A stretch of DNA of 63,138 nt, filler included, from Intoshia linei (Eukaryota; Animalia; Orthonectida), in NCBI GenBank assembly GCA_001642005.1. It is 5 parts of 5 records of this genome, joined end to end, with 100 filler letters (N's around TTAATTAATTAA, not from the genome) between each part and the next. Parts side by side here need not be neighbours in the genome. Positions count along the whole stretch, not along the records: positions 35,363 to 49,842 come from LWCA01000956.1; 4 more parts are not named here. The stretch is one strand, 5' to 3'. Below, in pieces: positions 36,887-49,942 of this stretch. Within the stretch, counting starts at the first letter, position 1, and every line of letters starts with the position of its first letter. Position numbers and translations under genes: made by a program. The notes beneath the pieces are model-generated. The model did no database searches, was not told where the DNA came from, and worked only from the letters and a program-made list of their open reading frames with translations.

Positions 36887-39800
36887 TTATTTTTTTTTGT
36901 CGTGTCTATAAAAATTGTTGAAATTTGCTACTACGACGGGAACTGGTAGAGCGATAGTTAATACACCTAAAATATTTTTAAATGTTTATATTACAGATAA
37001 ATGAAACCTGCAATCACACACACAGCTCCAACCATCTTTCCCCATATTCCCACTGGCGTTACATCTCCATATCCTACTGTTGTCATCTAATTATAATTTT
37101 GAATGCAAATATTAATATATAAAATGTTTTTTAAAGAGATTTTTAATTGAAGTAATCACGTTCGAGTGATTGTTACTTTTTTATGTATGCTTGGTAAAAA
37201 AATAATTTAAAAAAAGTCATCTGTTAAATTTAAAATAAATAGTAAATTACGATTAGATTGTATATTACTAAAAAACTAGTAGTTTGATAAATTGATAAAA
37301 ACCCAATTTTAAATTAAATTTAATGTAAACGAAAATTGTTAAATGTCTAGAAAATTATTTCAAGCGCAAGATTAGAATATCTACTCTGTTTTTAATTGTT
37401 TTGTAGGTTTTTAAGGGATCTTCAAAATCTTTAAAAATTGGGTCAAAAAATTTTCCCCAAAGAAACCAACAAAAATTCATTTAAAAAATCATTAATGTGA
37501 TAAATTAGATAGATCCATGATTATGTCGCTCTAGAGCAGAGGTGTCAGACTCAATTTGCTTGGCGGGCCAAATGTGAAAAAAAATTATTACGCGGGCCGC
37601 ACAAAAAAATCTTTACTCAAAAAATTATGTTAAAACTAACAGATTTAATTAATTTATAACAATTTTAATTAATAAAATGAAATATGAAACAATAAAAATT
37701 TATATTATAACGCGGCCCGCACATTCCACAATTGGGGTCCAAGAGTCGCATAATTGACACCCCTGCTCTAGAGTAGTGGTAACCGATTGGAGATCCTTGA
37801 TCAATGAGATTAAAATAAAATATAACAAAAATTTTCAACTTTTGTTTATTTTTATAGGAGAATTTTAAACCCTTAGGGGAAATGTACTTTTACCGATATT
37901 CTACTTTTGAAAAATCCCCTTTTTGTAATAATATTTTCATAAATCTTATATTTCATGTTTCCTTTGGGCTCCAAAAACATAAATATTTTGAAATGGGATC
38001 CCTTACACTATTTGAACCGGGAACCACTGCTCTAGAGAATGGACGTCGGAATTATTATACAATAAAATCCAAGAATTTATAAAAATGGAGATATCTCGAA
38101 TATTGATTTAAAAAAACAAATTATACCACCTTTACCAGTGTATTGTATATTATACACTCTGAGTATAGTTTATATCAGTGATTCTTAACAGAGAATTTTA
38201 CTATATGAAGGTGGGAGATTAAAAATTCAAAAATTAATCACTTAAAAAATACATTAATTAAATTCAGGTGGAACCATCATATCACATTACTTTTTACTTT
38301 AAAGTTTAAAGTGAATTATTCCATCTTAATTTTTTTGTTAACATTTGCGTATAGAATTTTAAAAACAATACCGTTGTAGTTATCCAATTTTTTTAACTTA
38401 TGAGACAGAATGTGTGTATAATATTAAACATAAAGTAAAAACAGTCCAATCCTAAAAATTTTCATAGCTAGCTTGGCTAGAAGCATATGGCCCGAGCCTA
38501 CAATCGTGATGGCCTACTTTTTAAATGTATTAATAGGTAATGTTGGAAAATGTGTTAAGTATACCAAAATGTCGATAATCAATGCGATTTCTAACGGTTA
38601 TTTTTAATTGTTATATAATGAACGATCGATTAAACAATGCAATGCGATAAATAATGCAATGCAAATGCAAACAAAGAGGTCCTATTTTAAAAAAATTTCA
38701 ATCTAGCCCGGGCCTACTGCTGGCTCTTCACGGTCCTGATCTTGTTTGTAAATACCATTCTAATGGTAATATTTTTAATACATAATGGCCAATTATTAAT
38801 GGTATGAACGAAAATAATATAATAGCTCACTGGGCTGATAAAATGAGAAAAAATAGTTCACCAACACTAGTTTATTTTTTCGATTAATTAATGAATTATT
38901 ATTAATGGTGTTATTAAGTGTATTGTGTCATTAAATACACAATGATTAAAAAAGCAACTATACATTAATTAAAAATTAAATAAATTATATACAGTCAATT
39001 CTGTTATATATGAACATATATGAATGACGATAATAATATAATTAAAAGTTTCGAAATGTCCAGTAAATGTTTGTTCAAACAATATTTTTTGTTGTGTTCA
39101 TATGGAACTGAGTTCATATTCTAGGATATTCATATAAAACAGAATTGACTGTATTATTATTAGATTAAATTTTTTTAACAAGTAAATAATACAATGTAGT
39201 TGAATGTTTGCTTAAGATGCAATTTAATCATTTCATCAAGGAAAAAAGTAGAATAATATTGCATATTTTAGTTTTTTGTTCTGATTGTTAAGTTGCTAAT
39301 AAATTGACAAGATTAATGCATTTTTATTACATTATAAAACGCACGCATGCGTGTCCTAAATAATATTTGCAAACAATCCTGTCAAGTCAATAAAAAAACA
39401 ATTAATTGGTTGATTCCGAAACTGACCGTAAAATAAAATAATTACTGTAACAATAGCCCACCAAAATGACTCTGGTATACTTGTTAATTTACTGTTAGGT
39501 TCATCTATATCAGCATAGTACGCAGCAGAGGAAAAAATGACCATTGCAACAAGTAAAAAGAAGAAAAACATTCCCAATTCTCGTAATGATGTTTTAATAG
39601 TTAGTCCCAATATTCGTAGCCCTTCAGAATGCTAAATATTTTTATTTTATTTATGAATTTATACAATTAAACTAGCCGCCAAACATTTTTCATCTTGGAC
39701 CCAATTTAAACCCAATAAACCCCTAAAACATAATTTTTAAAGTGAATATTACAGTTAATTAAAAACATACAGTACATGTAAAGCAGGGGTCGGCAACAAG

Positions 39801-41412
39801 TGCCCCATAGAATAAATTTGGTGATCCTTTGAGTAAATATGTAAATTATTTATTTTGAAATTTTTCAACTTTTGAATGCCTGTTAACATTTTCTACTAAA
39901 ATTGGCTCATTATAATCATTTTAATACTGAATTTTCAAATCGCCCTAGATTTTATTTTGTTGAATATACTAGAACCGTTTCTTTTTAATTAAAATTGAAA
40001 TAATTTGTAAATTTTCAAAAACGGGACCCGTTGAATTTTTTTGTATAAAAAAGTTTCCCACGAGATGCAAAAGTTTGTCGACCCTAATATAAAGTATAAA
40101 TTTAAAAATTAAATAAACTGTTAATAAAATTGTTAATGGCCCCTCGAATCAAAAAAAAAATTTTTTTAATCACTGTCCAAAACGATCAATTAAATTAAAT
40201 TTAATTTGAAAGTATAATAATCACAATTGTAATTTATTATAAAAAAATGTTATTTACCTTGGACAATTTAAAAATTCTAACAATACGTAATACTCGAACA
40301 ACTAAAAGTGATCCATTTTGAGTTGTATCTTCACTACATTCAAAAGAAGATAAATTTGAAATAAGACTGATAAAATATGGAACAACAGCTAAAAAATCAA
40401 ACATGTTCATAACATTTCTCAAGAAATGTAATCGAGACGGACAAGCATATAATCGCAACAACAGTTCCAAAACAAACCAACTGATACAGACAGTTTCAAT
40501 AATAAAAGAATGGTCATAATAATTGTGCAACAAAATTAATTTTCCTTCCCTATCTTTGAGCATAATGCAATTATTACGTCGTATGGATGGAATAGTTTCA
40601 ATGCAAAAATTGACAATTGAGACTACAATCATTAATACTGAAATTAGAGCAAAAACTTTTGCATATAAAGATGATGTTGGTTCTTCAGTCATGAGCCAAA
40701 TTGTTCTTTTTACTTTAGTTTGTGGTAATAATGTCTCCTTGGTGACTAAAAGTCCCTCCTTTTCTTTAAATTGGTTTATTAATTCAAAATCAAATTCAAA
40801 AAATATCAATTCATTGTAAAATATTTCTTCTGGTACTTCAATGGGGCGACGTAGATTGCCGCCACTTTGATAAAAATAAAGAATTGCCTAAAATAATTTA
40901 AATTTAAATAATTATAATTATTGATACAGTAGTGTGATTTAGTATAAATTTTTATATAATACCGAAAATGTTGGTCGATGTCGAGCAAAATAATATAAAT
41001 TACGATCTTGATCCCAATATTTTTGCATTTTTGACGGATTTCCGAGTAAAGTATTTGGAAATCTATCTAATGTGCCTGAACGTTAATTTAATAATGTATA
41101 ATTTTATTTACTCTAATATATTACTTCGTTGAGTTTCAAAAATTAACCCTCCAATATTGATTATAACTCGATGGCAATTTAGTTTAATGCAATCATGAAT
41201 GTGTGATTCTTGAGTGCATATCAGTGCAATAGGTGCTTTTGAAATGTTTTTTGTGGCATATTTACTAAAAAAAGATTACCAATGTATATTAAACTATCAA
41301 TTTACTTTTTACGAAACACCGAACTATGCTTGGCTAAATAATGATAAAATGTCGGTCTTCTACCGACAAATGATGTAAAACTAAAATTTAGTTTTCTTGA
41401 ATTTAAATTCAT
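36887..41412 (-). CDS. Shaker: Shaker/Kv1 voltage-gated potassium channel (exons 41306-41412, 41125-41264, 40963-41075, 40258-40887, 39446-39631, 37008-37086, 36887-36966)
   Basis: T1 domain [38 protein letters not shown], segments S1-S4, pore [16 protein letters not shown] and S6 [16 protein letters not shown]. All splice phases are consistent. Confidence 0.95.
37537..37765 (+). mobile_element. hAT MITE
   Basis: TIRs CAGAGGTGTCA / TGACACCCCTG with a perfect TSD CTCTAGAG. A partial homologue lies at 48780-48850. Confidence 0.88.
37774..38029 (+). mobile_element. hAT MITE (second family), adjacent to the previous one
   Basis: Termini TAGTGGT / ACCACTG with CTCTAGAG on both sides. The 3' end is homologous to 34190-34265. 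Confidence 0.8.
38992..39151. mobile_element. pogo/Tigger-like MITE
   Basis: TA|CAGTCAATTCTGTT...AACAGAATTGACTG|TA. Confidence 0.85.
39784..40086 (+). mobile_element. hAT MITE
   Basis: CAGGGGTCGGCAA...TTGTCGACCCTA with TSD ATGTAAAG/ATATAAAG. Homologous to 2172-2389. Confidence 0.78.
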
Positions 41413-43369
41413 TCTCAAATTTTAATACATATCGAACCCTAACAAAACATCAAAATGATTATAAGATCCCTTGTAATTACCATTATGATAGTATAATTTG
41501 TACATGTTAGTCTACCTAGAAAATATGACATTACATGTTAAATAAACAAGGAATGAACACTGGCCTAGTGCCCCATATGAAAACAACTTACTCGTATCTT
41601 TCTATACTGCTCGCTGTAGCATTTATACTCGAAATCATTTTGGAGAAATGTTATTTAGAGAATTTTGTAATATGCAACTATTATTAATGTTTGTACATCT
41701 TTCATTTTTAAAATTTTTTGTAATGAAGTTAATTTAATATAATAATTATAATGCAATAAATCCATAAAATAAAATTATATATTTATTGATATTATTCTTA
41801 ATAGTTTAATTATTTTCATTTACCTTTCATTTACTTTTAATATTTAGATATTGATTTATCACACTATATACGCTCCATTTTCATATGAAATATTCAATTT
41901 CAAGTTGTATTTGAGGCAATATTTGTGTTTTATTAATGTTTATTTGGCTTTAGTGTTTCTTTTAATCAGACTTTGTCTGTTGGTATTGCACGAAATATAT
42001 AATTTGGTATTTAGTTAATTTGATTCAATTGTCCAAATTATAGTTTAATTTGTAGATTCAAATTTACGTTTTAACATAATATCAATAATTTACAATGTAG
42101 CGATTTTTGAAACGTTATAATATGTAATTTATAAAACATAGTTTTCACTAGTTAATTGGACTGTGATAGGGAGTAAAAGGTGATGTTTTATTTTATACGA
42201 ATTAAGGTTAAGTACAGTCCATGAAAATAATTATCTTTTCTTTTTTTAAAGTAAATTTTACACTATACAATGTTTGCAAAAATACAATTTGTGGGTACTT
42301 TTTTATTATCGAGTAATATTTAAAAAACTGGAATCTTTGAAATAATTACACCGTTGAACGTAGAAAGTAGTTATTTTACAATAGTTAATTATGATAAAAA
42401 TTTTCACGTGAATTTAATAGATTTATGACAACTTATAAATACCATTTATTCTTTTCAATTTTAATTCAGTCTGACACAGATGAGACTGATGAACAGGAAA
42501 TAATTATAAATATTATAGGATATATATAATTTATTTATTTAATTTTTTTAATAAAAATATAGAACCGGAATTAATTAACAAATTGGCTGATGGTTCACAA
42601 ATTAAATCTATAAAGTTACATTAAATGAAATTATTGTTTATAATAGACATTACCGTAAATTATTAACGTGGTCCGTTGACCCTTGGGTCCACAAAAAAAT
42701 ATTGACCTATTCAGATTCGACAACTTATTTAGTTTATTATTTAATTTTAGTTTTTTTGGTGATATATGTAAAGCCAAAACTACTTATCTATGATGATGAA
42801 TAAAAAATTTCGGCTTAAAATTTATTCCGAATAAACTAAAAGTGATAGTACGTATTTTTCTTGCCACTTTAATTAATAGGTTATGTTGAAGAATTTCTTA
42901 AGTATACCAACATTTCGATAACCAATGCTATTTCCAAGGGTTATTTTTAATTTTTAGATAATGAACGATCGATTAAGCAATGTATAAAGGTCCAATTTTT
43001 AAAAAAAATGGTATAGGGGCCCTGGTGTTACCTTTTATTTACAAAACTCAATTTCTAATACGGCTTTCGAGAATTCTATTTTATGTGCAAACTTCAAAGA
43101 AATTAAGTACTTCAGGGTAAAAACGCAATTCCTATTTTTTTATAACAATAATCATGGGTCGATTTGCTGATACCAGCAAATTTATATTTTAAATTAATAA
43201 TTTTTTAATATAAATAATATATGTAAATACATAAATAACTAAAATTTGTAAAATGTAAACTTAATACAATGACGCTTGTGAGTCTCATAAATTTTTAATG
43301 TTTTGAATTAAGTAGCCGGAAAAAAAAATATTTTCTACATGCAGGGGCGAATCGAAGCGAGCAATATAT

Positions 43370-43752
43370 TTAACTTAGCCGAAAGCGAAATTTTATTAGG
43401 AGCGTCTCTTTTAATATCAAGGCATCTAGTTTGATTTTAACAGTTTCTTGGCAAACTACAAAGATAACACAAACAGGTTTGTTGTAGTGTTCCATAAAAA
43501 AATATTCTAATTCCCATAATTTTTGGAAAATTTTGCATTCAGAGTCCACTTTTCTCTTTTTTATTGTCTTGCTCATTTAAGGACGATAAAATATGTTACT
43601 ATTTAAATTTTTAATCTCTTTTAATGAATTGTAATTATAATGTTTAATTTAAAATTTTAACAATAATTTGTGTATTAAAAAATAATTTTTATAATAAAAA
43701 TTATTGTGGGCCGGATCTAAACAGCTCGCGTGCCGTATGTTGCCCATCCCTG
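43370..43752 (-). mobile_element. SPIN/Buster (GTF2IRD2-like) hAT 5' remnant
   Basis: Terminus CAGGGATGGGCAACATACGGCACGCG followed by the transposase N-terminus MSKTIKKRKVDSECKIFQKLWELEYFFMEHYNKPVC. Confidence 0.8.
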
Positions 43753-46288
43753 ATTTATACAGTTGTGGATAGACAAAGTCAAAGTTTGAAAAGTTGTCTA
43801 ATTAAGTTTTAAATTGATAATACAGATGACACACCACGAACCTGCGAAAAAGTGTACCTAAATATTGTACTACTACAATGTAGTAACTACATAAATTTAG
43901 GACTTTATTCATTTTTACAAAACCGTGGAATTTGGGGTAAAATGATGAATTATAAAAAATTTTTAACATCTGGTTTACATCATCATTTAAAACACGTAAA
44001 TTTTATGATTAAAGCATTGTGTGAATTGTGAATTGTAAATAAAAAAACAAACAAAAAATCCCAATAAACAATGTATTTAAAAAAATGATGATAGAATAAG
44101 TTGAAAAAATGAGCAAGATTGAAGTCATAATTGATTACGTACGATGGACTAACCATAAACCAAGTTACCCGATAAAATTTTATTCAAGACAAATAAGTTA
44201 CAATATTTCTACAATAAAATGTAATGGTGAAAAATATCATTTGATAAGTGGACCATTTTTAAAAATAAAAAATATTTGCATATACATGTGTAAAATACAT
44301 CTTCTTTATGGTCTCAAAAATTACTTTCATCTTGGACTTATTCCTATATATGAAGTTTTGATCAAACAAAATGTTAAATAAATCGCATTTTTCTCCTACC
44401 TTGGATGTTTTATTTAAGATTTTAAAGTTAAAAACCGATTAAAACCAGATTGTAATCCTTTATTATTTCGAAAATATTAACAATTTTGGAACTGTTAATA
44501 CTTTTAGTTTTTCCATAATTAAAAATTTTTATTTTATTACTAATAGCATGAGTTAATTTTTTTCTCGAGAATTGTCGAAAAATTGCAAGTACAATTGTAG
44601 TGAAAATTGTACTAAGTACAGTGCATATAAAAAAAATTCTAAAAGTTAATAAAGCTACCAAAAATAAATCTAAAGATTATTTTTTAATTTATATAGGTTG
44701 TTAAAAATCTTGCCTTGAATAATACATGTATGTTTATTTAATGTTAAATTTAATTGTTGGCTAGTTAAATTAAAAAAATGATATACATTAGTTACTAATA
44801 TACTAATGATTAATAGGTAGTGATTTTGATTTCCCATAAAATTAAAAAAAATAATTATTTAACGAATAAACAAAAATACATAATGTAACATGTTTGAAAC
44901 ACATAAATCGTTCATCCTTTAGTTGGGTTCTGCGTTTAGTCATACAATTTTACATAATCTCTTTTATCTCATACCAATTTTCAGAATACACTTCTTTTTT
45001 ATATAAATTAAATATTGGACCTCTAAGAAAGAAAAAATGATTATGCATTCTTTCAAACGTTCCGGAGATGTTTTTAAGGAAAATGGAGAAAACACAAATA
45101 AAAAATCATTAATTAAACTTTTCCAACTCTACTTTCACTTTTTTGTCCATTCCCACAATGTTTTTCCTAATTTAAAAATGAACTGTTGACTAAATGTTGA
45201 AAATAAATGTGTCATATAGGTAAACTTCTTAGAAGCCTCGTTATGTGTCATCTGTATTATCAATTAAAAACTTAATTATCAACTTTTCAAAATTTCACTT
45301 TTTTTGTCCACAACTATATAAAGTAATTTAGTTAAAAATGTATGTCTGTTTGTTTATTTGGCTGTTACAATTTATTTGACAAAACTAATTAGATTCTTAT
45401 TATTGCCTATTATAATAGGCGAAGAGTTTTAATAATCTATTTTAATAGTGTTTTTCGAGATTTATGTTTTATCGCAAATTTCATGTTCAGAAATCGATTC
45501 CTTCAAGATAAAAAACCAATATCTTTTTTTTAAAATTAATATCACTATTAACATTATTATAAATTTCAATTTCAAAATCTTACACCTTCACTGCCAAACC
45601 CCCATATTACCCTTTTTTGAAAAATGAATAAAGTCCTAAAATTTTATTTTATTTAATTTATAATTATAAATGGGATAAAAATTTTAATTAAATTATAATC
45701 ATTTTTATTATCCTTTACTTCAGCATTTCTCAAATGTTGATCCATCAAAACATTTACCGGCAGCGAAATAATTCTGAAAAATTTTTACAATATTCATGTG
45801 AATTTATTACGTTTTTTATCAAAATTTATTTAATGTTGCCTAGTAATTTTTCGTGAACATAATTTTCAGCATTTAGAATGATTTAAAGAATTTTAAATTA
45901 ATAATATCGACTTTAATATTTTAACTTCAATTATTTTTGTATCTTTTTCTTTTTCAATGTTCAATTACCCGATAATATGAACACTAACAACATTTGGAAT
46001 CATCACGTTCATATTGAACAGGATTGACTGTATTTTGATAAAATTGAATGTGCTTTTACAGTTTAATTAAAAATTAAGCGTCTGATAATTTAAACTAACC
46101 CAATTTCTGGATCTGTATTTCGATAGTGATGCTTTATCGTAAATTTAATTTTCAGAAGTTGAGTCCTTCAGGGTCAAAAATCCAATTTCCCCTTTTTTTT
46201 AAAATATAATCAATTTTAGAACTTTAAAATCCATACATGATGGGACACCTTTTAAAGCCACTAATATTGTCGTAAATTATATTATTAA

Positions 46289-46921
46289 CGGCGTGCATTT
46301 ATCGCGTCAGTATTGGTGATGGTTTGTCAGTAGAAACATTGATTTTTCAGTATTGTAGATGGTTTGTCAGTATTTTAGGTGCCAATTGACAAGGTGTCAG
46401 TATAAATAATTAATTTTCAGTATTTAAATTGGAAGGTCAGTAAAAAAAATTACAATTATGATGTTTTCAAATATTTGCATTTTATTAACATTTTTATCTT
46501 TAACCCTCTCTTTACGTTCTAATAAACACACCATAAAATATTTTTAATTTTTTTGTAATATGGTATCTTAATATTTCAGTTTTAACTTGGGTCTGTACTG
46601 GATGATATATTATTTAAAAAACTAGATTTTTAATTTTTATACTGACACTCTAAAATCATCAAACTTACAATTCAATTTTTTTACTGACAAAATATTTTAT
46701 AAAATCTGTTTATTTCTATATACTTTTTTGTTGAGTTACTTACAATTTTCGATGAATACTGATCTAGTTAATATATTTACTGACAAAAATACAATTATGT
46801 ACTGACAAGAAAGCAATTAACAACTGACAAATATGTAATTAAATACTGACAAAATACTTTTTATTACTGATATTTTAGTCTGTATACTGGCCATTAACTC
46901 CAACAAATAAATTACTCCCCA
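46289..46921. repeat. Foldback-like element with opposed GTCAGTA / TACTGAC motif arrays
   Basis: At least five GTCAGTA motifs at 46300-46445 and about eight TACTGA(C) motifs at 46640-46890, with weak terminal inverted similarity. Confidence 0.6.
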
Positions 46922-47669
46922 TTATTAACAAGTTTGTTCATTGAATTAAATTATAATTGTGTAGTTACAATACCTTTATTATTTATAAATGATTATATAA
47001 TACCTTTTCAGTAAAGCATAATTAAGTTCGGATTCGTTTATTTTTGATGAATTTGACCATTTAACTGGTATTAGCCATGGAGGTAAATATCTAATATATC
47101 AATTATAAAATTACAACAACATTACTTTGGCATTGTACTTTGTTGGTAGAATGTACAGATTAAAAAAAAATATGAATTTAATATATGAAATATTTAATTC
47201 TAATATATTTTTTACCATCAAACTAATTAGCTAATAATGATTTTTAGTTTACAATTTATGTTTATGAATTTATAAATATTAAGCTGAGGGAATTGTATGG
47301 CATCGATTATACTTAATTATATTACTTATTGATTCATATTTTCTAAAACATGTAATGCCTTGTAAATTTCTTATTTACAATTAATATGAAAATTTTACAC
47401 TTTATTTAATTTAATTTTGTATTCACTGCAATAATATTTATGTATAATATAGATTTATGCTGAAAAATCTATAATTTGGTAATTTTTTAATGATTTCTAA
47501 TAGTGCTAATCTGTTTTAAGAAAAGAAAATAAATACTATTTTGTGTCATTATCAAATTAGACGGTAAGATTTTATATTATCGATTAGACACTTAAATGCT
47601 TATTTTTATATATTCCACAGATAATTAACTATAAATACCAATTCATCCATTAAGATTTTGTATAAATTG

Positions 47670-48595
47670 ACTAGTTTCACTGTTATGTATACGTACAAAC
47701 AGCACCTAGCTCTGCCGAGGGCACATTTTTATAAAAAAATAAATTCAGGTTGAAACTCTAACTTGAAGATCCTACTATTCACTATTATCAATCCTTTAAA
47801 TTAATGGTTCCCAAACTTGTTTCAGGTGGAACCGTCACATTACTTTTTACTTTAAAGTGAATTATTCCATCTTAATTTTTTGTTGGTTAAAATTTGGATA
47901 AAAATTTTTAAAAAGAATTGTTATCCCATTTTTTTTAATATAGACAGAATGTGTGTATAATATTAAAAATAAAGTAAAAACAGTACAATCCTAAAAATTG
48001 ACATAAATAGCATAAATTCCAAAAAAATAAAATTATAAAAACCTATTTTGTCATTTTCAATGAGATAATATATATTCAGTAGCAATTTAATAAATACATA
48101 AAAATACACACTATATATCAATAATTAACCGAATCTTCACTTTATAAACATTTCAGTCGAATTTTACCATTATTGCAAAGAGTTGTAATATAAAAATAAT
48201 ATTAATAAAGTTTTTTTAGTTTTGTTGTTTAGTTTCTTATTTAAATTTAAATGTTTTAATAAAAATGTTTTGAAATCAAAATTTGAAATTTAAAAATTGC
48301 TTAGCAATGAAAAAAATTTCGAAGGAATGAATTATATAGATTTTCACCCATATTTCTTTATTGAAAATGTGTAGAGGTTCAATACACACTTTTTTGAAAT
48401 TGTAGGAATTTATATTTTTAATTTTCAAAAAAAGGATAATTTGGCTTTTTGGCCCGTAAAATATGAGTTTGAGAGATTGAAATTTATTTTGCTAAAACCC
48501 AGGAAAAAACTGTAATTGAAATGTGGACTTTGTAAAATTCTAAGACTTGTAGTTATTGAAATAAATGATAACACACACACTCAGACAAACAAAGC
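47670..48595 (-). mobile_element. Non-autonomous Helitron, long copy
   Basis: The reverse-complement CTAG end and hairpin lie at 47670-47703, and the family 5' region lies at 48400-48595. Confidence 0.72.
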
Positions 48596-49155
48596 ATTAG
48601 CTTAGCATTAGTTTAGCGTTGATTAATGCTAGTGATATAGAAAATTAATCGTTTTTATGTTGTAGATATAATTTACCAATTTTTATAATATAAATTTATT
48701 TTACTTTTACTTTTCTACTTTAAAAAAAATTATAAAAATTTAGAGACAATAATGTTTAACAATGTTTTGAATAAAGATTTTTTTAATGTGGCCCGCGTAA
48801 TAATTTTTTTCACATTTGGCCCGCCAAGCAAATTGAGTCTGGCTCACCTGTTCTAGAGCTTAAGAGATATAATTTTTATTAACGGAATTTTTAGTTCATA
48901 CAAATTCGTTACTAAAAAATAAATAATTCAAAATTCCGTTAAAATGGAATTTTCGCTAACAAAAATAATAAGAACTTAGACTATGTATTTAAAAATGTAT
49001 TGTTAATCAATAATTATTAAATTAAACATTGTACCATGCGTGGTTTTAAAAGCAAGTTGTATTGTATGGAAATAAATGTCTTTTTATGTTAATATAATTT
49101 TTTAAAATCGATTTAAAACTATTATATAATATATATAATATTATAATATAATATA

Positions 49156-49448
49156 TTCTAACTTATATAAAATGCGACGCGATTTTTTGTTTTGTTAATT
49201 TGTGTGTGTTACTTTTTTGAAATAACTAGCACTCTTAGAATTTTTTAAAGACCACATTTCAATTACAGTTTTTTCTGGGGCGTATAATAAGATAAATTTC
49301 CACCTCCCAATTTCAGATCTTAAGGGTCAAAAACCCCTGTTGTCCCTCTTTTTGAAAATTAAACGAGTTGAAGAATTTTTTTAGGCAGAATAAAAATATA
49401 CATAATATAATTTTAAGCTAGGCGTTGTTTGTATAACAGTCAACCTAA
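49156..49448 (+). mobile_element. Internally deleted Helitron copy
   Basis: TTCTAACTTATATAA...ATAACAGTCAACCTAA (both termini are single-base variants). Confidence 0.7.
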
Positions 49449-49842
49449 TATACCTATAATAACAATATGTTATCCAAAATGTAAAAAACTGTACAATTTT
49501 ATGTAATATATAAAAGATTATAATGTCTAGTAATATCGCCATCGCACATAAAATATATTGTTGGAAATTTTCAATGAAAAGATAGTAATCTCGATAAGCT
49601 ATAATTAAAAGTTATCGATTATAATCGATTAATAATGATATGGATTTTTTTTAATATCTATCAAGAAAGGATTCAATGCAAGTACAAATGTACATTGTAC
49701 AAATATATAATATGTATGTTGCATAAAATGTGTACAACTGTGAAATGTACACATTCCACGGGCAAAAAGTAGAATGTATTTGACTAACAATGTGTCTTAG
49801 ACGCCAATTCAGAGTTAGATACATAATTGATGCTTTGCTAAC

Positions 49843-49942
49843 NNNNNNNNNNNNNNNNNNNNNNNNNNNNNNNNNNNNNNNNNNNNTTAATTAATTAANN
49901 NNNNNNNNNNNNNNNNNNNNNNNNNNNNNNNNNNNNNNNNNN
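49843..49942. other. Assembly gap with synthetic linker
   Basis: N44-TTAATTAATTAA-N44. Confidence 0.95.
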
